DNA from: an uncultured Planctomycetaceae bacterium
GTDB taxonomy: Bacteria; Planctomycetota; Planctomycetia; Planctomycetales; Planctomycetaceae
NCBI GenBank assembly: GCA_963813715.1
Contig: CAWFAK010000005.1
Span: 928,001 to 992,000 of the forward strand
DNA: 64,000 nucleotides
Reading direction: 5' to 3'
Made by a program: the position numbers and the translations under genes. The notes beneath the pieces were generated by a model, which saw only the letters and a program-made list of their open reading frames with translations, did no database searches and had not been told where the DNA came from. Positions 1-11,890 of the stretch are shown one piece after another (positions within the stretch are counted from its first letter, which is position 1; each line of letters starts with the position of its first letter).

Positions 1-3000
1 GGCTTTCGCCGCGCCCACGCGGGCCGCTCCGCTGCCGTTGCCTCCCCGGCAACCACGCCGCATGCCGCGCGAAGCCGAGCCGGAGGGGCACGATCGCGAG
101 GAGACGGAGCGGTCGGTCCCCGAACGCCGGATGCCAGCCCGACAACTGCCGCCGTCGGCTCGAGGCGTTTCGCTGCCTCCGCGGCAACCGCCTCCTCCGG
201 CGCGACCCGGGCAGCCGCCGGGTCGGCAATCCCACACTCCGCCCCGACAGATGCCCGTTCCCGGTCGACAAACACCGACGCCCGCTCGTCAATTGCCCAC
301 GCCCAGCAACATCAGTGCAGCGGATCGGCAATTTCTCCGCGACGACTCGGGCATTTCCAAGGTCGGCGCAACCAATCGCCGAGCTCCCACGCGGCGCGGT
401 GGCGGCGGCGTTGTTTCGGACGAGCCAGTCGGAACGGCTAGAGGTCCCAGACTGCCGCTGGGTGAGCTGTCCTCGCTTAACGAATGGCAGCCGCTGGCCA
501 AAAAAGTCGGCACGGTCTTGGCTGCCGTGGCGGCGATCGGATTTTTGGGTTGGCTCACATCTCCCTATTGGCTCCCTGGCGGCTCGAACGGGACCGAGAT
601 TGCCCACAACCCGTTTGATCCCTCGGCCCCAACGCCGCAGGCGACGCCCGGAGCCGACGACGACCAACCGTCCAAGAAGACCGGCAAATCGGAGAAGGGC
701 AAAGCGGCCTCGGACGCGAACAAAAAATCGGGCGGCGCCGGCAAAGGGGACCGGTCGATCATCGTGGCGGAGGCAAAAAAGCCGAACGGGGACAAGCTCG
801 GTGCCGGCTCCATTCCGGGGCGGCCCGCCGAACGAGCGGAGTTTCCCAGCTGGGTCAACGAGCTGTGGGATCCGCGGGGAACGAACGCAGCGGCCACCGT
901 CGGGCTCAAAACGATCACCGTCGGCCGCGTCGGCAAAGAACCGCCGGCCCAGGTGGCAAATTTGTCCGATGCGATCGCCCGTCTCCCGGACGAGGGGGGA
1001 GTGATCCAGCTGCGCGGTCCGGGGCCCTTCCTGCTTCCGTCACAGCGGATTCAGCACCGCGGCCAAGTGATCTTCGCCGGTGCCGCAACGCAAAACGGTG
1101 CGAACTCCACAGGAATGAACACCCATGAAACTCGCCCGCTCATCGTGATGATGCCCCCATCGACCGCGGGATCCGTGGCCAAAAACGTCAGCGGCCTTTC
1201 GGCGAGCGAGACTTCGCTCACGTTCTACGGCGTCGACTTGATCGCCTTTGCAGACGAGTTTCGCAGTCAGGGGGCGCTGCGGTTGGTCGAGGTCACCGCC
1301 GGGGATCTGATCGTGCAGAAGTGTTCGCTGACACTGGTGGGCACACGCACTTCCCCGACGACCGCGTTCACGGTGTCCAGCGCTGCCCGCGGGGCCGCGG
1401 CGCAGACAACCGAGCGAACGCCCCGCGTGCTGCTGGATCGGACGGTGGTCCGCGGCAGCGAATTAGCGAGCATCGAAACCGAGCTGCCTGCCGTCGACTT
1501 TCTGGCGATCAACTCACTGTTTGTCTCCGGGCAGGCGCCGGTTTTCACCCTGACCGACAGTGCCAAAGCGACCCACGCCCCCGACGCGTCTGCGAACAAC
1601 GGGCACCCGGCGCGAACCGTGCGCTTCTTCTCGTGCACCACGTGCAGCGACGACTCGGCCGTTTCGCTCCGCGTCAACTCCGACGCGGCCGATCCGCCGA
1701 CAACGCGTTTCCAAGTGCTCAATTCGGTGTTTGGCGTCGTCACGCCGCCGCAGCATCCGATGGTTTCGCTCGCCAACTGGCCCGCACCGGCCGATGTGAC
1801 GGCCAATTCCCCGCGGTTCAAAAACCTCTCGTGGAAGAGTCAGGCGTTCGTTGCCCGGGGCTGGCAGGAAAACCTGGTCGGCAGTGCCTCGGGCATCCAT
1901 CTGGAAGGGCGCAACTCCCAGGACTGGGGCCATTTTTGGGGCGATGTCCGGGCCAGCATCGATTATCAGGGGACGCCGTTTCCCGCGATCGGCGACTTTG
2001 CGAACGTTGCTCCGGCCCAGTTCAAGGGCGAGGCGTCCCTCTTGCACGACACGGGCGACGACACGTCTCCCCCCGGTTGCGAGACGGCCCTGCTGGGAGT
2101 CACCAGCGCCGACATGGTTGCCCGCGCAGGCGCCTTTTCACATCGCATATTCGTCGCTGCCGAGCCCACCGAGGGGGGGCGACCGCTGGGGCTTCGGTGC
2201 GCGAGATCAATCTCGACGTTCCGAATCACGTGACCAAGGACGACCTGGCCAAATCGATCAACCGCACCGACTGGCCGAGCGGCACGCGCTTCCTCGTTCA
2301 CGGCACCAAGAGAAAACTGTGCAGCCCGATCCGTGTCTCGAACCGCTCGTTCACGATCGAATTCCTCGACAAGGACCTGGTGCTGGCGTTCGATGACCGC
2401 CGGGTCGATGCGTCCAGCGATCGCGAGGCGTTCATCACCGTTACGGGCGGCTCGATCGAAATCGTCAATGCGACGATCCGCATCGAATCGTCGACCCGGC
2501 CCTCCACGCATCGCCTGTTGGACGTGAAGGGGGGGAACTTTACGATTCGCGGCAGCGTTCTTTCCGGGCCGCGGCACGAGAACCCGGGTTACGAAGAGCT
2601 GATTCGCTTTTCCTCGAGCGTGGACGAGTCAATCGCGCCGACGGAAGGCGACCAGTTCATCGGCCTGGTCCGCAACAGCTTTCTATCGAGCATTCGCAAC
2701 CTGGTCAGCGGCGACTTGTCGTCGCGTCACCTGGTGTTCGAGAACTCGCTGCTCGTCGCGGAAAATCGCATTTTCGACCTGCGTTTGCCCGCCAGCCCCG
2801 GCCCCTCGGGTCTCGACCTGCGCTCGTGCACGCTGTCGGCCGGGACGGAGTATTTTCACTTTAATACGCGCACCACGGCCGGCACGCTCAACCGGGCCCT
2901 GGTGTTCGTCGAAAACTCCGTCTTCGCCCCGCCGGTTCGCCCGACCAACGGCGGCTCGACGCGGGCGACCCTCTTCGGCTCGGCCTCCGGTGATCTGCTG

Positions 3001-3421
3001 CGGGAACGGGTCGATTGGTGGGAGTACGGCAACGCGTATAGCGACCTGATCGAAGTGCCCGGCGGTGGCTCGTCGCGCGGTTCGCCCGACTTCGCCGGGG
3101 CCGATCCACTCGGCGGCTGGCGAGAGCTGGCCGGCCCCGCGCATATCATCCGATCGGTCGGGCACCCCGGAGCCGTCTTGTTGCCGGGCGATATCTCGAC
3201 GGCCAACGAGGTCAGTCCTGCCGACTTCCGTCTGAAGGCGGAATCGGTGGCGGCCGCCTGGTCCGACACGGGCAAGCCGGTTGGAGTGGACCTCGACGCA
3301 CAGCCCGTCCGTCACACGAAGCGCGTCGTCGACCCCCAAGCCGGCGGCGTCCAAACCCGTGGCCAAACCGGGCGCACCCAAGAAACCGAACGCTCCGCAG
3401 AACCCGGGCGGCGGCTTGTAG
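1..3421 (+). CDS. 5'-truncated membrane-anchored protein: Pro/Arg-rich linker, one TM helix and two tandem beta-helix-like extracellular domains (possibly the C-terminal part of a Ser/Thr kinase)
   Basis: Frame of ORF 38..2233 is open from the window edge. TM segment VGTVLAAVAAIGFLGWLTSPYW. Coding continues in the 1321..3588 frame from ~2180 (REINLDVPNHVTKDDLAKS). A probable second slip near 3320 gives the end KPAASKPVAKPGAPKKPNAPQNPGGGL* (TAG 3419-3421). Kinase domain is not in the window. Confidence 0.55.
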
Positions 3422-3611
3422 GATTGCAGCCGGGCGAGCCTGACTGGCCCCGGATCGCCAGTTCTCACCTGAGGCATTGCCCTGAACGATTCGATGAGGA
3501 ACCCGCTTCGACGCGCGCCTGCCAGACGGTCGAATGCGCGACGGCGAGCCGAAAGCACATCGCGCGCGGTGACCCTAAATCGGCGTGACTCAACCGTTTC
3601 CCGCGCACTGA

Positions 3612-3647
3612 GGCATTCCAAATGAGACGGCGGCATTCCAAATGAGA
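3612..3647. repeat. 16-bp perfect direct repeat GGCATTCCAAATGAGA x2, 20-bp period
   Basis: Copies at 3612-3627 and 3632-3647, in the gap between convergent genes. Confidence 0.85.
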
Positions 3648-3785
3648 GGGCCGGCCTGCCAGCCGAGGGCAGCGACCTCTTCAGTAGTCTCATCCCTCTC
3701 GTCTGGCGAATCCCGCCGCCGGCACGATGCTCCAAGCCCGAACACAAAATAAAAGCGCGAAACAAAGTCGCCAAACAGTGCCGAC

Positions 3786-3815
3786 AAAAAAACCCGGCCC
3801 TGGGGAGGGCCGGGT
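3786..3815 (-). terminator. Intrinsic terminator of the DUF1559 gene
   Basis: Minus strand reads CCCGGCCCT-CCCC-AGGGCCGGG then TTTTTTT, ~30 nt after the stop at 3847. Confidence 0.85.
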
Positions 3816-3846
3816 CGATCAGACGATCTGAATGTGATGCCGCGAA

Positions 3847-5148
3847 CTACTTCACGTCGCCGTCGGTCGGTTGACCGAAGAGAGTACCGGCGGGCGAAAG
3901 GGCCCGCATGTAGACGCCCGAGTCCATGTTCTGGGACAGGGGCGACGCATGGCCGTCCGTGAAGCAAACGCAGAAGACGCCCGGATGGTTCGCGGCGGGA
4001 CGCGGCGCCTGGCCGTTCGTGGCCGTCAGCAGGTTCGAGTTCGGATCGGCGTCATTGAAGCCCGTGCCGTCCGTCAGGGCGAAGGTCACGGTTCGTTGCC
4101 AAGTTCGGCGTCTGCAATTCAGTGTTCGGCGGAGGCGGCGTCGTCACGATGTTGAACGAGCCCGTCGGCTTGGACGTGTTCACCGTGTAGAGCGTGGGGC
4201 TGGCCCCGCTCACCGGCGTGACGGCAACGCTGATGCCGAAGCCGATGTAACCGGTTTGCAGGTCACGGCGTGTCGGCAGCGTGGTGCCGCCGGTCGTGAG
4301 CGTGTTGATGTCGGCCCAGTAACCGGCGTTGACGTTCTCGGCAAGCAGGATCGTATTGCTGGTGCCGTCGCCGCGCTGGACGAAGTCCGTTGTGAGCGTG
4401 AAACCGCTGGGCTCATTTCGCCAGAAGACTCCGGTCGAGTAACCGATCTGCCTCCCGAGCGGCGTTTGCACGTTGGTGCCGGTTTGGACCGCCCTGTCCG
4501 TCCCAGTCGATCAACGTCGCGTCATGAGCGCCGGGCCCCATGTCACCGGCGAGTGCCCAGGTTGTGGCATTGATGTAGCCCGCGTTGGCGGCGTAGCTCA
4601 AACCGCCCGGCACGTTCTGATTGTTCGCATCGTCCGGGCAGGTGAGCGGCCCGATGATGTTGAGCGGGTTGACGACGTTCGTGGTCGTGTTGATCCCGGT
4701 GAAGGTCAGGAAGGCCGGCGTGCCGCCGCTGGTCGGATTCGGCTTGATGATGCCGCCGTTGTTGATGATCTGCCGCGAAATGGCCGGCTGATCCATGTAA
4801 CCGATGATCTGGGCGACCCACGACATGCCGGGGTTGCCCGTGGTGGTGCTCGTGCCAGCCGTGCTCAGCCGAACGGCCGGGTTTCCGGCGATGGGAGCTG
4901 TTTTCCAACAGCGGGTACTTGTCGCTGCTGCCGGTGGCGAAGTTGATGGTCGCCAGGCCGAGGTTGCGGATGTTGTTGAGGCACTGCGTACGGCGGGCCG
5001 CCTCGCGGGCGCTTTGCACGGCCGGCGAGACGAGCGAGATCAGCACGGCGATGATCGAAATCACCACCAAGAGTTCGATCAGCGTGAAGGCCGAGCGGGC
5101 CCCCGCGCGTGCGATCGAACGATGCGACTGCAGACGACTAGACTTCAT
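3847..5148 (-). CDS. DUF1559 / H-X9-DG prepilin-like protein (frameshifted in this assembly)
   Basis: N-terminus [49 protein letters not shown]; internal [26 protein letters not shown]-terminal [13 protein letters not shown]. Pieces lie in ORFs 4543..5199, 4413..4826, 4052..4471 and 3847..4089. Confidence 0.9.
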
Positions 5149-5637
5149 TACGGTCTCCAATCCCCGAGGGAAATTTTGTGTTGTTGGTTTTCGTACCACG
5201 TCGAATGGGAATGCGTGGCCCGTTTCCTAACTGGCCGCCGTGACATGCGGCCGGTCCCAAACTAGCCGCTGCGACGAGCGGCCTTGTGTATCCTGCCGCC
5301 TGCTGCGGTTGTCTCGAATAACTCGCGTGTTCGCGAAGAACTCGAAACCGACCGCGTTGATTGCGGCAAACTCGATCTGGGCCACCCGAAGTGGCGGCTG
5401 ACAATCGATTCCAAAGCCGGCGAGGCCCCGCCGGACATCGGATGTTTATTTCAATCTATGATGAACCTGCCTTTGTCGCCGGGGCTGAATCGCCCGACGC
5501 CATTGTCAAGAATCAGGCATGGTGACTTCTCCATTATGCCGACTTGCGCCGTGATTTCGAGACCGAAATCCGATGCAAGCCTGCTCGAGCACTCAAATGG
5601 GCAATAGTGTACGTTTATGCGCTGGTCGCCCGGTCGG

Positions 5638-8600
5638 CTATTGAATCCGCTGTCGAAACAGAACCAGCGATTGGTAGTTGAAGGATCTGATTCGTACGAA
5701 AACACGAATTTGGCTCGTCGTTGGACGACGCAGGCAATATTGCGGTCCCATCAAGCTCAGAGCCTGCGACCGATCGATGACGAAAAAGCTCGCGGTAACG
5801 CCGGCGAACTGGGCAGCTTCGCCCCGATCCGAACAACGCCGTTGGGAGGGTTGACGTCCCTGGCCTGGAAGAAATCGATTTGGATCCAGACAAAGAAGAC
5901 GTTGCTGCGAGTCGTCGTATTCTGAAGGATCTTCGACAACACGCGGTCTTTAGTCGCATAGTCGACTACATCGGCCGCATGATCGGTTAGCCAGTCCCCA
6001 CCTCGAAGATCCGCCGACGGGCGTCCGGTGAGTTGGCCGGCGCCGCCGTCGCAGGGGGCGTGACCTGATCGCCCGTCAGAGCCCGCAGGATGGTCGAATC
6101 GAGCGTGCTGTTATAGCCGGATTGATCCTCGCCGCCCGTGGTCGATGCCGGCGCATTGGCGTAGGCCGAGAATCCCAGTCCGCGGAACGGGTGAGAGCCG
6201 GGCGCGACTGCGTTCGCGGTGCTGAGGACGTTCGCCCCGGTTGGCGGCGACCGTGCCGGAGGGATACCGCGGTAATCCGGGTATCGGCATATTGGTTCCG
6301 CCCATCGCAGGCGGGAGTGGATCGACGCCATCTCGCGCCGTGAGGAATTGCAGCCACCAATCGCGAGTGTTGGTGCCGACTGGAGGAGTTGGAGGATTGA
6401 CCACCGTGTCCCCGTTCTGATCCGGCAGCGAGAACGGAACCTGCAGGCCCGAGGGAAGGTTAAATTGTGCCGGGCTCGGGAACTGCGTCGAGAACAGCAG
6501 CCCGTAAATGTCATTTTCATCCAAGAGCCCTGCCAGCACGTCGGGATGTCGCACTGTGTTGAGATTGATCTTGCCGGGCGTGCGGTAGAAACCGAGCGAA
6601 CCGTTGATGGTTCCCGCCGTAATCTGATACGGCGGCTCCTCGAGCTGGCGGTGCGAACGGGTCGGCACTTCAACCAGTCCCAGCAGCCGGTGCCAGCGGT
6701 TCTCGGTTACGTCGGCAGCGGGATTCGGTGGCGTCAAGCCGCCACCCTCCGGATGTTGCAAGCGATAGCCGGCGACGCCGTATCCGTTGTAGTGCTGCCG
6801 CGCGGCCCCTGTGTCATTCGGCACGAAGTCGCTGCCGGCTAACACCTCCTGCGTATAAGGGGGCGCGGCAGGAGCGGTAATCGCCGTACCGGCTTCGTTG
6901 GTGCGCGTGGCCATCAGGTGCGTGAGACCCGAAGCCAGCGAGACCGAGCTGCCGGACGAAACGCCGGGAACGTTCATCGTGGTGGGGGACGCCGGTCCGT
7001 AAGGACCCCATGTCGGCACGTTGAACAGCTCAATGACCGAGGCGAAATCCCGATCGTAGTGCGGCTGGTAGAGCGGATGCGGCGGCGCGGCGGTCGGCGT
7101 TCCCGAAACGGTACCGGGATCGAAGCCGGCCGCGTCGTTGTCCTGGCCCAGGCTGTTGCCCTGCCACACAGTCGGCTTGAGCGTCGTCACGCCGCCGTTC
7201 CGCGGGTAGACGACGGCCGTACTCATGATGTAGGGGCCCTGCGGCGTCGCCGCGTTGGGCGATGCATTCGGGTTGAACGGATTGAGCGTGAAGTCGTGAT
7301 ACAGGGGCTGCGATCGCTCCGTGCTCACCAGGGGCATCGCTCCGCCCGTCGAAATATAGTGGTGGTAGGGCTGACCCGGCGACGGTGGGTCGGCGAGCAC
7401 AGCCGTGCTGCCGAGCTGGTTTTGAATCTGCGCAGAATAGTCGCTGGCGTTGCCGGTTTTCTTGAGGGCAAGCACGCTGACCGGCACGTCCATATGATCG
7501 ACGACGATCCACGGATTGTCGGCATTCTCGGTAAGCACATTGGGGTCTGTCGGCAGAATCGGCTGTGCGGTTGGGGTCGACGCGCCGTCGCAGCTCGACC
7601 CGGAGGATGAGGGCGCTCTCCGGAAAGATGTGGGCGCCGATCGCCGATGAGATCGTGCCCGTGGCCTCAACGATCGGATCCGTGAAGTTGAGCAGTTGGG
7701 TGCCGGGGCTCAAGCCGATCGGCGTGGTGATCAGGTTCGGAGAGCCGTCGGCATTGCCCGTGGGGTCAGCCGCGTTGGGCGGCACGATCCAATACTGCCC
7801 GTCCGTGCCCGTCTGTGTCAGGTCGAGATCGAGCGCGGTCGTGATGCCGAAGGGCGGGGCGGCGGGCGAGACGTAAGCCGATCGCGGAGCAATGGGGAAT
7901 TGATAGTCGAACCCCGTATTCGTCGGAGCACCGGACGTATCGTTCGGATCGATCACCAGGTAGCTGGGATTCGGGATGGCCGGGTTGGCCGTCGACCCGT
8001 TGATCTGGTCGTAGGTCACGCCGCCGACCGATCCGACCAATCCGCCGATGGTCATCCGCGGCTTGAATCCGCCGGAGGCGGCTCCAGCAACCAGTTGCGG
8101 CTGCGACGACTGGAAGATCAGGCGGCGTTCGCCGCTGCTGTTCGCGGTGCCGGCGCCGTAGAACGTCGAAGGCACCGTCACGATGGGAGACTGCTTGATC
8201 GCAATTTCCCATTGTTCGTTGACGAAGTTCACGTTCGAGGGGCCGATGTTATCCAGTTCCAGGTAAAGTGCGGCCCACTGGTTCCTGTCGTTCCACTGCG
8301 TGTCCGGGTGATCCCAGGAAACGTTGGGCGTGACCGTCGTATCGACGGCTTGCTGCAAGAAGGCGATCATTGCCTCGTTGAAGGCCAGCTGCTGCCGCTC
8401 GACGCCGTAGACCACGCCGCGGTCGGCGGCGGCGATGTTAAACGGCGGCTGCGTATCGGCGACCCCGTCGTACGCGTTGTCGTCGAGGTTCCACCCGTTC
8501 GAGAGGTCTTTGTCGTACTCGAAGACGGTGATGTTGCTATCCGGATCGAGCTGATCGACCAGGTTGACGGCAAACTGAGCCATCTCCTGCAACTGGTCGT

Positions 8601-11600
8601 CGGTATAGAGCGGGCGGACGCCGGCGACGGGCTGGTTCGAAGCCGTTGCGTAGTTCTGGTTGTCGTACCCGCCGCCCATCAGGTAGAGCAGCGTGTAGAT
8701 GTCCCGCGCCAGCCGCTGACGGTCGTAGCGGGCCAACCACTCCTGCTGCTGCACAGTCTGCCCGCCGTGCAGTTGTTCGGGTCGATGCTGATGCATGTAG
8801 CCGATACCGTCGGTCGTGTGCGCGGGACGGAACGATCGCCGTGTTGGGCAACGTGGCCGGCGGATTGGTCGCCGTCGGATGCGGCGTCAGCGGACGAATG
8901 CGGAACGTGAAAACCGGATTGCCGGACGATCGGATCCCGGTTTGAGTCTGTTCGGTGAGACCGTTGACGCTCAGCGGGTGTTGCGGCAACAACAGGGCGT
9001 TGCTTCCCAGTTGTTGCTTCGGATCGGCGAGCGTCCACAGCAGGTGAGCTACGTCCGGCCGCAGCGGATACGACGAGTATGTCGTTACCGTGATTGCGGC
9101 GCCTGGATCACTGGGTTCGGCCCCGGAGTTCCACCCGACGTTGGGCGGGAAACGGAACGGCCCAATACCGCTTCCACTGGTGTCCGTGAATTCCCACAAG
9201 GCGACGCGCGTCGTTAATCGGCGTCGTGTTCGAGTAGGCTCCCAGGAATTCCTTGCCGAACGACTTCAGAGTCCCAGCTGGCGGGGGTGAATCGCTGGCC
9301 GAATCTGCGACGGCGCGGGCGTTGGCGACAGGCTCAAGGGGCCAGATTCGCTGTAGCGGGCCGGACTGCCAAATCTGAGAAATCGGTGCCGCTGTATTGC
9401 AGCGAGCTTTCCGCAGGCGCCGAAGATGTTGTCCGAGGTTTGCGTCGCCGCGGCGGACGGCTCGGGAAGGTTTCGTCCGGCTCGTCGACAGGAATTGCGG
9501 GCCGCCTCCGGACATCAGGCCGCCGGAGAAGAAGTTCGTCCAGAGCACGCTGTTGTTGGTGAAGTAATTGGTGTACTGGGCGTACTTCTGTGCGCCCTGG
9601 GCGATCAGTTGCCGAACCTTTCCCTCCGTGCCGGTCACCCACGATCCCGCCGCGAAGACGTCGAGCGGCGTGACGAACGCGGGGTGAAGGATTCCCTGCT
9701 CATCCTGAAACTGCCCCGATTCGGCATAGTTGTTGTTGTCGTCGGCTGCTAGTGGTGGTGGCGGTGTATATAGAAACCCTCCCGACGTCCCGGGCAGCGG
9801 CCACGGATCGCCGCCGGGAGTGCCCAGCCCGCCTTGAACCGTCGTCCCGGCTAGCACCTGTTGGACGTTCGGATCGAGCCGGGTCAGGTTTTCGCCCCAG
9901 CGACCGGGAAGCTGGAGCCGCTGACCGTCGCCGGCGTGGTTGTCGGCGTGGCGCTCGGCGTCAACTGCGGGCGGCCGTTCAGGATGTTCCACCACTCCAT
10001 GTTCGCCAGCTCGTAATTGCCCGCGCTATGATCGTCGGTCGGCAGCGTGGTGCTTTGGGCCGGGCTGCGGAAGAAGGAGACATATTGCTGTAGAGCCGCG
10101 GCGACGGTGCCGGTCGTGGGAGCGTCGGCGGCGACTGCCGGGCGAGCATTAAAGGCCCACTCGATATTCACCTCCGACGCGCTGAGCCCCAGGTTCGAGC
10201 GGGAAATAAACTGCGTGGTGTTCGGCAAAGACCCCAGCTGCCGCCAAAGGGATTCGTGGGCAACCGGTGCCGGCACGACGACGCTGCCCGACCGGTTGCC
10301 ATGCGCGTTCAAGTTGTACAGGGCGTCGGCGTCGATGATCTTGCATCGCCGGCCATCGCGACGAATGCTGCGTGCCCGTCGGGCGTGGTCATCAGCGGGA
10401 AACCGAAGTCGATGTAATTCGCATCGGGAACGCCGTCGTTGTCGGTGTCGACGGCATAGTTGATGGTGGGCGGCGCCGCGGGATTGAGCGGCGTCGCGCC
10501 GTGGCGGACCAAACGCCTTCGGCTGGGGCGGTACGTCGTGGTCCCACTGGTCGCCAGGAATCGAGAAGGCCTGCAGCGAGATGTCGCTCCAAATCACGGT
10601 GCCGTCAGTTACGGTCGAACCTTGCGCCGTCGGCCAGACCGGTACTGTGCCGCCGCTGGTACCGGCCTGGGTGCACAGATAGTTGTACCCGTTGGCCGGA
10701 CTGGGCTGAACGATCTGGCCCACGGTGTAGGCGGTGGCTCGCGGCCCAGGTCGCTGCCGAAGTCGACGTGTCCGGATGGGCAGTTGGTCACGAAACGCTG
10801 GGCGTCGTGATGTTTCCGTTGTAGTCGATCGCCGTGTGCTCGACGTGCGGGTACATCACGTAGGGTGCGGTGAGCGGATCGACGTACCAATTCGCGAGTG
10901 GTACGTTCCCTGCTCCGCGAGCGGCCGTGGCGTTGCGCAGGAATTGCGGCCGATGGAACGACGGCGTGATCAGCCGCACCGGCTGCTGAGGTGAGCCGCT
11001 GAATGTGGCGGGAACGAGCCCGTCGTACGACAGGAAACGGGCTATTGATGTCGGGATAGGTCGAGTTGACGTCGGGGTCGGGATATAGATTCGGCGTAAG
11101 CGGATTTATGTTGGGCGGATAGTTGTTGAGATCGAGCGAGGTGGCGGTGGTCCAGGTCACGGTGCCGTCCGTCACGGTCGAACCGACCGTCGTGCCCCAG
11201 GTCGGCTCCGTCGTGCCCGAGGTGCCGGGAGTCGTCGCGATGTACAAGAAATTGGTTTGAGCGTTAGCGTTCGGCCGAACGAAGGCACCGGTGACAAACG
11301 CAGTATTGGCTTGCCAGGCGACGGCGGCCGACGGAGAGAGATTCAGGAAAGTCAACGCCCGATTGTCGGGCTCAGTCGGGATCGAGCCGTCGTCGGGGAC
11401 CTGATCATAGTTCTGGTCGACCGAGGCCTGGTTAAGCGCCGTGTTCCAAAACAGGTTGACGCCTCCCCCGTTGTAGGGGGAAGGTCGCGGCCGAACATCG
11501 TCGGCACGAGCGAGCGCGGCCGCCCCACAGCGCGCTTTGCTTTTCGATAGCGGCCGGACCGATGATGATCTGGCGCAGGACGTTGTTAAAGAACGTATCT

Positions 11601-11890
11601 GGGTCGAGTGCCGGCGTGGGGACCTTGGCGGCTGGGCGAATTGTCGAAATAGGTCGCGGCCTGGTTCTCCGACGCGGTATAGGCGAAGATGAAGAAACCG
11701 AGAGCGCGAGCATGCCCAGCAGGGCCAGCACGACGATGATCACGGTGCCCCGACGGGCTGCACGGCACGGCGAACACGGGATGTCAGCGGTTGGCCGAGC
11801 CGCGCGAGCAGTCGATAAGTCTTCATCGCATCGAACTCCTGCGAACGAGGGCGCGGCCCGCTCAGCCTCGTCGCGTTCGTAAAACGTCAT
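5638..11890 (-). CDS. Giant (~2,080 aa) PilX/GspK-like minor pilin or tip protein (multiple frameshifts)
   Basis: ATG 11890 overlaps the upstream stop (ATGA). Class III-like N-terminus RRG|TVIIVVLALLGMLAL lacks Glu5. Motifs VDTDNDGVPD and GKINLNT. C-terminus NTTTRSNVFFVWIQIDFF...FNYQSLVLFRQRIQ* (stop 5638-5640). Pieces lie in ORFs 11586..11777, 11432..12304, 10609..11355, 9884..10723, 10309..10512, 9108..9995, 8537..9199, 7030..8796, 6111..7670, 5987..6673 and 5757..5942. Confidence 0.7.

Noticed and set aside
3612..3647. CRISPR-like repeat
   Set aside because: Only two 16-bp copies with a 4-bp spacer, and no cas genes.
5150..5637. Small ORFs or a sigma54 promoter upstream of DUF1559
   Set aside because: The ORFs have no recognisable features; the GG/GC pair I checked has the wrong spacing; the TTGACA at ~5504-5509 has no matching -10.
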